From: Gammaproteobacteria bacterium
Lineage (GTDB): Bacteria; Pseudomonadota; Gammaproteobacteria; UBA6186; Azoamicaceae
DNA: 57,151 nt
Direction: 5' to 3'
NCBI GenBank assembly: GCA_035443705.1
Contig: DAORSV010000001.1
Location: 1-57,151, forward strand
The notes beneath the pieces were generated by a model. That model did not search any database. It was not told where the DNA came from and was given only the letters and a program-made list of their open reading frames with translations. The first letter of the stretch is position 1. Each line of letters opens with the position of its first letter. Position numbers and translations under genes: made by a program. Shown in pieces: positions 49,277-57,151 of the stretch.

Positions 49277-50815
49277 TTAAATTTTTGAATGTAAGATCTG
49301 CGACACAAGATGATCCGCAGAAGCATGAATAATATTCAGCAATGGCGCAGGCCAAAGCCCCAACACTAAAATGGCAAGGGCCAACAAGCTAAAGCCACCC
49401 TTTTCTGTTGCATCCAAATCTTGTAAAGACAGCACTCCAGGTTGCTCTGCAGGTCCAAATACCACACGTTTAGTCATCCATAAAGTATAAGAAGCCCCCA
49501 AAATGAGGATAGTTGCGGCAAAAGCAGCAATCCAAACTTGCGCCTTAAATGCACTTAAGATAATTAAAAATTCCCCTACAAATCCGGAAGTGCCCGGCAA
49601 GCCCACATTGGCCATCGCAAATAAAACAAAGAAAGAAGCGAAAATGGGCATGGTATTAGCAACTCCGCCGTAATCTTTAATGCGTCGTGAATGTAATCGA
49701 TCATATAGTGCTCCCACACACAAGAAGAGTGCTGCAGAAACAAAGCCATGTGAGATCATCTGCACCACCGCACCCTCTATGCCCAAAATAGAAGCCTCTG
49801 TATCGTTGGTGTTTGCAATAATCGAAAATACCAGGAAAAATCCAAGCGTTACAAACCCCATGTGCGAAATAGACGAATAGGCAATTAATTTTTTCATGTC
49901 TTGTTGCACTAATGCAACAAAGGCAACGTAGACAATCGCAATTAACGACAAAGTAATCATGCCATTCGCAAATGCATGACAAGCATCGGGTGCGATAGGT
50001 AAAAGAAACCTGAGCATGCCGTACCCGCCCATTTTTAATAAGATGGCCGCCAATATTACAGAGCCACCCGTTGGTGCCTCTACGTGTGCATCTGGCAACC
50101 ACGTATGTACTGGCCACATCGGGACTTTAACAGCAAATGCAATTAAAAACCCAAAAAATAACCATTTTTGCATCTCAAAATTTAAGGGTAATTGATGAAA
50201 AGTTAAAATATTAAAAACGGTACTTGGATCGATCCCGCTGCTACTCTTAGCAATAAACTGAAGATAAATAATAGAAACAAGCAATAATACAGATCCCAAG
50301 AAAGTGTATAAGAAAAATTTAACTGTTGCATAAATACGATTTTTACCACCCCAAAGACCAATAATTAAAAACATAGGTACTAACATGGCTTCCCAAAACA
50401 CATAAAATAAAATCGCATCCAGTGCCGCAAAAACCCCGCACATTAACCCTTGCATAATCAAAAATGCTGCCAAATACCCTGCAGTTGCTTCTTTCAAAAC
50501 AGATCTATAACTTGCTAATATAACCAAGACACTCATAAAACACGTTAACACAATCAACGGCGCTGAAAATCCATCTATGCCCAAAGTGTAAAAAATATTC
50601 AAAGCGGGTAGCCAAGACAAATGTTCTTGCCATTGCATGTCGAAAGTATTGGGTGTAAAGCCCTTCATTAAAGGCACACAAAGTCCCAAACATACTAAGG
50701 CAATCAGCATTGCTAATACACGAACCTGCCGATGCTGTTCAGGCTTAAATAAAAAGCACAAAATTCCACCAACAATGGGCATCCAAATTAACACACTTAA
50801 TAACGGAAAAGTCAT
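49277..50815 (-). CDS. nuoM: NADH-quinone oxidoreductase subunit M
   Basis: 512-aa antiporter-like subunit (WLPDAHVEAPTGGSVILA) in operon order. Confidence 0.95.
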   Translation of the reverse strand: MTFPLLSVLIWMPIVGGILCFLFKPEQHRQVRVLAMLIALVCLGLCVPLMKGFTPNTFDMQWQEHLSWLPALNIFYTLGIDGFSAPLIVLTCFMSVLVILASYRSVLKEATAGYLAAFLIMQGLMCGVFAALDAILFYVFWEAMLVPMFLIIGLWGGKNRIYATVKFFLYTFLGSVLLLVSIIYLQFIAKSSSGIDPSTVFNILTFHQLPLNFEMQKWLFFGFLIAFAVKVPMWPVHTWLPDAHVEAPTGGSVILAAILLKMGGYGMLRFLLPIAPDACHAFANGMITLSLIAIVYVAFVALVQQDMKKLIAYSSISHMGFVTLGFFLVFSIIANTNDTEASILGIEGAVVQMISHGFVSAALFLCVGALYDRLHSRRIKDYGGVANTMPIFASFFVLFAMANVGLPGTSGFVGEFLIILSAFKAQVWIAAFAATILILGASYTLWMTKRVVFGPAEQPGVLSLQDLDATEKGGFSLLALAILVLGLWPAPLLNIIHASADHLVSQILHSKI

Positions 50816-50843
50816 GATTTATCTTGCCTCTGCATCAAAGGGA

Positions 50844-52820
50844 TCAGACCCCCATTACGATAACGACTAAACATAAAAAACCCAAAATCATCACAAACGC
50901 GTAATGGTATAAATAACCTGTTTGAATGCGACGCAAGGTTTGTGAGAACCGACCTATAGAACGCGCCAACCCATTAACACCCAGACCATCAATTAACCAC
51001 ACATCCCCAAAACGCCAAAACAAACCACCTATGCCACGCGTACCGCGAGCTAGCACCCATTGATTAAACAAATTAAAACCATATTGTGCTTTTAGTATGC
51101 GATACAAAAACCTTAACCGCTTCTGAATGATTTCGGCCATTCTAGGACATGCAATATAACAAAACCAAGCCGTAAAGATCCCGGCAAGACCTAAGCAAAA
51201 AGGCAGCGAACGAAGACCATGCGATGTCATGCCTATCACACCACCACCCATCGCGTTAAATTCTCTATCCAACACCGCAAATCCATCGTGCAGTTTGTGC
51301 ATAACAATCGCACCTTGAAAGAAATTTTGAAACAAAGGCTCTACTAAAAATGCACCTGCAATAAAAGAAGGAATGGCTAATAATACTAAGGGAACCCAAA
51401 TAATAGCAGGAGATTCCTGTGTATGATGAGCCCTTTCTTTATCTCGACGCGATTGCGTATGAAATACGACAAAAAATAATCTAAAGGTATACAGTGCTGT
51501 AATAAAAACACTACCCAAAACAATATAATAAGCAAACCCTGCTGCTGGTAAATGAGATAATTTTACCGCTTCAATAATTAAGTCTTTAGAATAAAATCCT
51601 GAAAATAACGGAAAACCAACCAAGGCCAGGCTACCTACCAACATGGTTGTATAGGTAATCGGCATTTTTCGTCTCAAACCACCCATTTTCCAAATATCTT
51701 GCTCGTGATGCAAAGCAAGAATAACAGAACCGGCTCCGAGAAATAATAACGCTTTAAAGAATGCATGTGTGCTTAAGTGGAATATCCCAATGGGATAAGC
51801 CGAAACGCCCATTGCCGTCATCATGTACCCTAACTGAGACAAAGTAGAGTATGCGATAATCCGTTTAATATCGTTCTCGACAATACCCACTAAACCCATT
51901 AAGAGACAGGTCAAAGATCCAATCACTAATATAAAATTTAAGGCTACATCGGAATATTCAAATAATGGCGACAATCGCGCTATCATAAAGACTCCAGCTG
52001 TTACCATGGTCGCAGCATGGATCAAGGCAGAAATCGGGGTTGGGCCTTCCATAGAATCGGGCAACCACACATGTAAGGGTATTTGCGCAGATTTACCCAT
52101 AGCGCCCATAAACAAGGCAAGACAGATAAATGTTATGGCAGGCAGCGTTATGTCCGCTGAAAATGCGAATGCTTGCTTCATCGACACAATATTAGAAACT
52201 TGTTCAAAAACAATTGCGTAATCTAATGTTCCAAAACAATAGAATACGGCAGCAATACCCAATATAAACCCAAAATCACCAATACGATTAACAATAAACG
52301 CTTTTAAATTCGCAGCAACAGCCGTTTTTTTATTAAACCAGAATCCAATGAGCAAATACGACATTAAGCCAACCATTTCCCATCCGAAAAATAATTGTAA
52401 AAAATTATTGCTCATCACAAGTGTTAACATGCCAAAGGTAAAAAGTGAGATATAACAAAAAAATCGCTGGTAACCCGGATCTTGATGCATATAGCCAACT
52501 GTATAAATATGCACAACCCAAGCGACAAAGGTCACGACAGACATCATTAAAACTGTCAGCCGATCAATTAAAAATCCAACTTGAAAATCTGTATGTGCAC
52601 TTCGACCCCAGGTATATAACTTAAAATTAAATGAAGTGCTCTGTCCGCTATATAAAACATATAAAAGATAAAGCGATAGGATAAAAGACACAGTTACAGC
52701 AAAAATAGTAACCGAATGTGCCCCTTTAACGCCAATCTGTCGTCCCAATAAGCCAGCAATAAGTGCGGCTCCCAAGGGAAACAGTACAACAGCTAAACTA
52801 AGCCCTTTTATCGTTTCCAT
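50844..52820 (-). CDS. nuoL: NADH-quinone oxidoreductase subunit L
   Basis: 658 aa with WLPDSMEGPTPISALIHAATMVTAG and a long C-terminal lateral-helix region, in operon order. Confidence 0.95.
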   Translation of the reverse strand: METIKGLSLAVVLFPLGAALIAGLLGRQIGVKGAHSVTIFAVTVSFILSLYLLYVLYSGQSTSFNFKLYTWGRSAHTDFQVGFLIDRLTVLMMSVVTFVAWVVHIYTVGYMHQDPGYQRFFCYISLFTFGMLTLVMSNNFLQLFFGWEMVGLMSYLLIGFWFNKKTAVAANLKAFIVNRIGDFGFILGIAAVFYCFGTLDYAIVFEQVSNIVSMKQAFAFSADITLPAITFICLALFMGAMGKSAQIPLHVWLPDSMEGPTPISALIHAATMVTAGVFMIARLSPLFEYSDVALNFILVIGSLTCLLMGLVGIVENDIKRIIAYSTLSQLGYMMTAMGVSAYPIGIFHLSTHAFFKALLFLGAGSVILALHHEQDIWKMGGLRRKMPITYTTMLVGSLALVGFPLFSGFYSKDLIIEAVKLSHLPAAGFAYYIVLGSVFITALYTFRLFFVVFHTQSRRDKERAHHTQESPAIIWVPLVLLAIPSFIAGAFLVEPLFQNFFQGAIVMHKLHDGFAVLDREFNAMGGGVIGMTSHGLRSLPFCLGLAGIFTAWFCYIACPRMAEIIQKRLRFLYRILKAQYGFNLFNQWVLARGTRGIGGLFWRFGDVWLIDGLGVNGLARSIGRFSQTLRRIQTGYLYHYAFVMILGFLCLVVIVMGV

Positions 52821-52838
52821 ATTAGCCTTTTTCCTGAG

Positions 52839-53144
52839 TTACCCTTTTAAAGTATTCATTTCTTCAACATCGATCGTCTTTTTCTGTCTAAACATGACGA
52901 CCAAAATCGCAAGCCCTATGGCTGATTCTGCTGCAGCAACGGTTAAAATAAAGAAAACAAAAACCTGGCCCATCATGTCATTTAAAAAATGTGAAAACGC
53001 AATAAAATTGGTGCTCACAGACAGCAATATCAATTCAATGCACAGCAATAAAATAATAACGTTTTTTCGATTAATAAAAAGTCCAGCCACACCAATACCA
53101 AATAGAATAGCACTGACGATCAGATAATCTGATAATGCAATCAT
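52839..53144 (-). CDS. nuoK: NADH-quinone oxidoreductase subunit K
   Basis: 101 aa, three TMs, conserved Glu residues ([17 protein letters not shown]). Confidence 0.95.
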   Translation of the reverse strand: MIALSDYLIVSAILFGIGVAGLFINRKNVIILLLCIELILLSVSTNFIAFSHFLNDMMGQVFVFFILTVAAAESAIGLAILVVMFRQKKTIDVEEMNTLKG

Positions 53145-53749
53145 ATACCCACCCCCTCCACCAGCGTTACTCTGTCTTCTTTTCGTACTTTCAGCTGACC
53201 TGCTGGATTGGGCGCAATCGTACCTCGTCTTCCTCTAAAGGTTAAACTAATTGCTGCAATAATAGCGACTAAAAGTAAAACACCCGCCAATTCAAATGGG
53301 TACAGAAAGCGCGTATACAACAGTATCCCTAACTGCTCAATATTACTATAATTTGCGCCATGTGCCGCTGGTGCAGGCACCATATCTATACCAAATTGTT
53401 TTGCACCCACAGCAAAAACCAACCCAATCACCACGATGGCCGCAACAGAAAGTCCCAGTGGCAAAAATCGAGCAAAACCTTCACGAACAGGCGTTAATTC
53501 CACATCCAGCATCATCACCACAAACAAGAACAGTACCATAACAGCACCTACGTATACTAACACCAAGGTTACTGCTAAAAACTCCGCTTCTAATAACATC
53601 CAAAGACCGGCTGTCGCAAAAAAAGTCAATACTAAAAAGAGTACCGCTCGTACCGGATTTTTAGAAATAACCACCATACTGGCGGCAAAAATCGCAAGTG
53701 TGGAAAATGCATAAAATATCAGAGGTTGAATTTTATCGATATTCTGCAT
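53141..53749 (-). CDS. nuoJ: NADH-quinone oxidoreductase subunit J
   Basis: 202 aa, polytopic, lying between nuoI and nuoK. Its stop overlaps the nuoK start by 4 nt. Confidence 0.92.
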   Translation of the reverse strand: MQNIDKIQPLIFYAFSTLAIFAASMVVISKNPVRAVLFLVLTFFATAGLWMLLEAEFLAVTLVLVYVGAVMVLFLFVVMMLDVELTPVREGFARFLPLGLSVAAIVVIGLVFAVGAKQFGIDMVPAPAAHGANYSNIEQLGILLYTRFLYPFELAGVLLLVAIIAAISLTFRGRRGTIAPNPAGQLKVRKEDRVTLVEGVGI

Positions 53750-54230
53750 CTTGTACCCTACCTGCTGCTATTTCTGATTCGTAACGATCACCAATGGCCA
53801 ACAATTTCTCTTTGGTCAAAATATTCTCTCCACGGTTTTCAAAATGATAATTTGAAATTCCCGTCTCTACAATAGCATCCACTGGGCAGGATTCTTCACA
53901 AAAACCACAATACACGCACTTAAATAAATCGATTTCGTATAAAGTTGTACGTCTAGAACCATCACTTCTGGGTGCTGCCTCAATGGTAATGGCTAATGCA
54001 GGACAAACGGCTTCGCACAGTTTACAGGCAATGCACCGCTCTTCGCCATTCGCATAGCGACGTAGGGCATGGATCCCTCTAAAACGAGGAGAATAGGGCG
54101 TAGTCTCTTCGGGATACTGTATGGTTACTTTGGTTGCAAAAAAATGCCTACCTGTTAATTTTAAACCCAATAGCAATTCCCACAGTAACAAGCTTTTTAA
54201 ATATTGTTTGAGGCGTTTTGCTATTTTCAA
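53733..54230 (-). CDS. nuoI: NADH-quinone oxidoreductase subunit I
   Basis: Two 4Fe-4S ferredoxin motifs: [12 protein letters not shown] and [12 protein letters not shown]. Confidence 0.96.
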   Translation of the reverse strand: MKIAKRLKQYLKSLLLWELLLGLKLTGRHFFATKVTIQYPEETTPYSPRFRGIHALRRYANGEERCIACKLCEAVCPALAITIEAAPRSDGSRRTTLYEIDLFKCVYCGFCEESCPVDAIVETGISNYHFENRGENILTKEKLLAIGDRYESEIAAGRVQDAEYR

Positions 54231-54243
54231 GATCTATCCTCTA

Positions 54244-55266
54244 TCAAAACCATGGTTTAACGTTCGCTTTTACCATTATTGTTACAACGACTATCCAAAT
54301 CAATGTAATAGGTATAAAAATTTTCCACCCTAATCGCATAATTTGATCATAACGATATCGTGGAAACGTTGCTCTTAACCACAAAAACGAAAACAAAAAG
54401 AAACTCACTTTTAACATTAGCCAAACAATACCCGGAACCCAAAAAAACCATGCTGCAAGCAGCGGTATTCCCTCAAATGGCGATAGCCATCCACCAAAAA
54501 AGAGTAAAGTAACCAATGCCGACACCAATGTCATGTTGGCATATTCTGTTAAGAAAAAAATGGAAAAAGCAATACCTGAATATTCCACATGAAAGCCTGC
54601 AACAATTTCTGATTCGCCTTCTGCCACATCAAAGGGCAAGCGATTGGTCTCCGCAACAGCAGAAATCCAATAGATGACACATAATGGCAATAGCGGTAAC
54701 CAATACCAACAGAGAATCCCGCCACGCTGCGCAAGCACGATATCCGATAAATTCATGCTACCCGCAGCGATTAAAACACCCACCAATGCAAACCCCATGG
54801 GGATTTCATAAGAGATAATTTGAGCTGCCGATCGCAGAGCGCCTAAAAACGCATATTTAGAATTAGAGGCCCATCCTGCAATAACAATGCCATATACTGC
54901 CAAAGACGTCATAGCCAATAAATATAATAATCCGACATTAATATTGGCTAATACAAATCCCTGATCAAACGGAATAACTGCCCATGCTGCGAAGGCGGGA
55001 CCAATTGCTAATATCGGTGCAACCATAAAAAGATAATGATTCGAACGAGTGGGCAAAATAATTTCTTTAAAGAGTAATTTTACACCATCGGCAATAGGCT
55101 GCAACAATCCGTAAAAACCGACGCGATTAGGTCCTATGCGATCTTGCATAAACCCTATAAATCGACGCTCTGCTAGTGATAAATAAGCTGCAACTAACAT
55201 CAGCGACAATACAATGGCGAATATCTTGAGTAAGATCCAACCCAAGGTTAAAAATTGATCAAGCAT
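54244..55266 (-). CDS. nuoH: NADH-quinone oxidoreductase subunit H
   Basis: 340 aa, polytopic, with [16 protein letters not shown], typical of NuoH/ND1. Confidence 0.96.
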   Translation of the reverse strand: MLDQFLTLGWILLKIFAIVLSLMLVAAYLSLAERRFIGFMQDRIGPNRVGFYGLLQPIADGVKLLFKEIILPTRSNHYLFMVAPILAIGPAFAAWAVIPFDQGFVLANINVGLLYLLAMTSLAVYGIVIAGWASNSKYAFLGALRSAAQIISYEIPMGFALVGVLIAAGSMNLSDIVLAQRGGILCWYWLPLLPLCVIYWISAVAETNRLPFDVAEGESEIVAGFHVEYSGIAFSIFFLTEYANMTLVSALVTLLFFGGWLSPFEGIPLLAAWFFWVPGIVWLMLKVSFFLFSFLWLRATFPRYRYDQIMRLGWKIFIPITLIWIVVVTIMVKANVKPWF

Positions 55267-57151
55267 CTTCCATCTCTACTTTTAAACGCAAAGTCTCTTG
55301 CAATGATTTTGCCCGTCGAACTAATCCATCCGTCGCATAAAGACCAACCGGCGATATCGATGTCAGGGTATTGTGCATATCGCGCGACACGAATGGCTTT
55401 ATGCTTGAAAATGCTTTTGCCAAATCTAAAGGCGCATTGGGATTCTTATCAGTCGTTATTGCTTTTACTAACGCTGCAATCTCCTCTGCACTTTCATATT
55501 TGAAATCTTCTAAATCCAATAAGTTGCCTAGTACTCTTAAGATTTTCCAAGCCGGTCGACTATCATTCATCGGCAAGGTAGCCGCCTTAAAAGATTGCCA
55601 TTTTCCTTCGCAATTTACAAATGTACCCGCGGTTTCGCTAAAGGGTGCCATCGGCAACAAAAGATCGGCAACTTCTAATAACGCTAGGCTTTCGAATGGC
55701 GTTATAGCCACCACACAATCTGCGGAGGCTAATGCTTGACTCGCTTTAGAACCATTAAAGCAATCAAAATCGGGCTCGATATTTAAAAGCAAGTAGGCTT
55801 TTAATTTTTTATCCCACATTTGTGCTGCATTCAATCCGATTTCGCTCTTGATTGTTTCACCACCCGGTAAACGATGGGGTACGCATCCTGCCAACCATGC
55901 ACCTGCGGCATTAGCACCCTCACTTAAAACACCTACTTTTGAATGTGTTAATTGTGCGATGAGATTTGAGAGCAGAACAAGCTCAGAATAACCAGGATGA
56001 TTAATGGCTAAAGCACCCATTAAAATGAGTTTTGGGGGTAAAATCCCCCCTACCCCCTCTTTTTCAAAGGGGGGAACTTGATCGCCGATTAAATATTGCG
56101 CCATGTTGATATCAGCGGGCAAAGGTTCTACAGATTGAAGCCATAACAACGCTTCTTCAGTACTGTCGCTTTTTGAGATCTGAATACCCGCTTTTTTCTG
56201 GATGTTCAATATAGCTTTTGCAATACGGGCAACCCCTAAAACCAAATCATTATCGGGCAAGATTGACTTTTCTATCACCTCAAAATTAAACGTAAAATCA
56301 ATGGGATTAACCACTAAAATTTTTCCGCCATTTAAACGCATTTTACGGAGTTTTAAACCTAGTATAGGTTGCTCCTGACGCACAGCCGAACCAATCAATA
56401 AAACAACTGATTGCTGATCAATTTCTGATAAACTGATACCCATGTTAGGGAATAATGGCGCCATTGCTTGCGCTGTATCGTTAAAATCACTTTGACGTAA
56501 ACGATGATCAATATTGTGAGACCCCAATCCACGCATCAATTTTTGCAATAAATAGGCTTCTTCCAAGGTCGCATTGGGTGATGTGAGAGCGCCGATATTT
56601 TTTGCACTCGCTGATTCTTTAATCTCTTGCAGTCGCTTCGCTGTATATGTCAGTGCTTCCTCCCAAGAAACCGTGTACCATTTACCGTCTCGCTTTAATT
56701 TAGGTTGTGTTAAGCGTTCTGTATGATACAATCCTTCATAGCTATAACGATCTCTATCGGAAATCCACACTTCATTGATTAATTCATTTTCTTTAGGCAC
56801 AACACGCATCACGCGATTTTGTCGGGTATGAATAAAAAGATTAGATCCAATACAATCATGAGGAGAAACACTCGCCGTTTGCTTTAACTCCCAACCACGT
56901 GCTGTAAAACGATAAGGCTTGGAAGTTAAAGCGCCCACTGGGCATAAATCTATAATATTCCCCGATACCTCAGAAACCACGCTTTTTTCAATATACGTAC
57001 CGATTTCCAGGCATTCACCCTTGTTCAAGGCGCCTAATTCACGCAAGCCCGCAATCTCTGTACCAAAACGCACACACCGGGTACATTGAATACAACGTGT
57101 CATATCTGTGCTGATTAAGGGGCCAAGGTTTTTATCTTTAACAACCCGTTT
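55259..57151 (-). CDS. nuoG: NADH-quinone oxidoreductase subunit G, 5'-truncated by the right edge of the window
   Basis: The track starts at an internal Met ([13 protein letters not shown]). My translation stays open upstream to 57151 ([29 protein letters not shown]), covering the Fe-S cluster motif and the molybdopterin-like domain. The N-terminal 2Fe-2S and 4Fe-4S region lies outside the window. Confidence 0.95.
   Translation of the reverse strand, partial: KRVVKDKNLGPLISTDMTRCIQCTRCVRFGTEIAGLRELGALNKGECLEIGTYIEKSVVSEVSGNIIDLCPVGALTSKPYRFTARGWELKQTASVSPHDCIGSNLFIHTRQNRVMRVVPKENELINEVWISDRDRYSYEGLYHTERLTQPKLKRDGKWYTVSWEEALTYTAKRLQEIKESASAKNIGALTSPNATLEEAYLLQKLMRGLGSHNIDHRLRQSDFNDTAQAMAPLFPNMGISLSEIDQQSVVLLIGSAVRQEQPILGLKLRKMRLNGGKILVVNPIDFTFNFEVIEKSILPDNDLVLGVARIAKAILNIQKKAGIQISKSDSTEEALLWLQSVEPLPADINMAQYLIGDQVPPFEKEGVGGILPPKLILMGALAINHPGYSELVLLSNLIAQLTHSKVGVLSEGANAAGAWLAGCVPHRLPGGETIKSEIGLNAAQMWDKKLKAYLLLNIEPDFDCFNGSKASQALASADCVVAITPFESLALLEVADLLLPMAPFSETAGTFVNCEGKWQSFKAATLPMNDSRPAWKILRVLGNLLDLEDFKYESAEEIAALVKAITTDKNPNAPLDLAKAFSSIKPFVSRDMHNTLTSISPVGLYATDGLVRRAKSLQETLRLKVEMEDA

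Noticed and set aside
49258-49326. Upstream extension of nuoN
   Set aside because: It overlaps nuoM by 50 nt and encodes a basic, non-membrane peptide. ATG 49257, preceded by AAGGAAGGG, gives a typical NuoN N-terminus.

Overview
This is a 57-kb window from an AT-rich gammaproteobacterium. The gene content looks Legionellales-like: ankyrin-repeat and leucine-rich-repeat (LRR) proteins next to conserved housekeeping blocks. Almost everything is on the minus strand. The recognisable blocks are: (i) a 5' fragment of an LRR gene built from 66-bp tandem repeats, which the ORF track misses; (ii) a GGDEF(degenerate)-EAL sensor, then cvpA-accD-truA-fimV(mini)-asd and prmB; (iii) ligA, a divergent ankyrin gene and a VIT-family transporter; (iv) pnp-rpsO-truB-rbfA-infB-nusA-rimP-tRNA-fMet; (v) nuoN-M-L-K-J-I-H-G, with nuoG cut by the right edge. 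The standout is a roughly 22-kb, tightly coupled nine-gene minus-strand operon at 12054-34273. It combines clear homologues of the poly-gamma-glutamate amide-ligase core with parts not normally found in pgs/cap loci. The core consists of a PgsB/CapB-like ligase, a protein with two tandem PgsC/CapC-like membrane modules fused to two degenerate hydrolase-like domains, and a secreted PghP-like hydrolase paralogue. The unusual parts are a CHASE2 sensor, 826-aa and 1651-aa envelope proteins with no recognisable family, a HEAT-like soluble protein, a processive GT2 synthase, and a TPR plus beta-barrel exporter. No PgsA/CapA homologue is visible. I read this as a candidate undescribed Gram-negative envelope-spanning exopolymer (poly-amino-acid or glyco-peptide) machine. 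All family assignments rest on motifs I read in the translations and on remembered family signatures; no searches were run.
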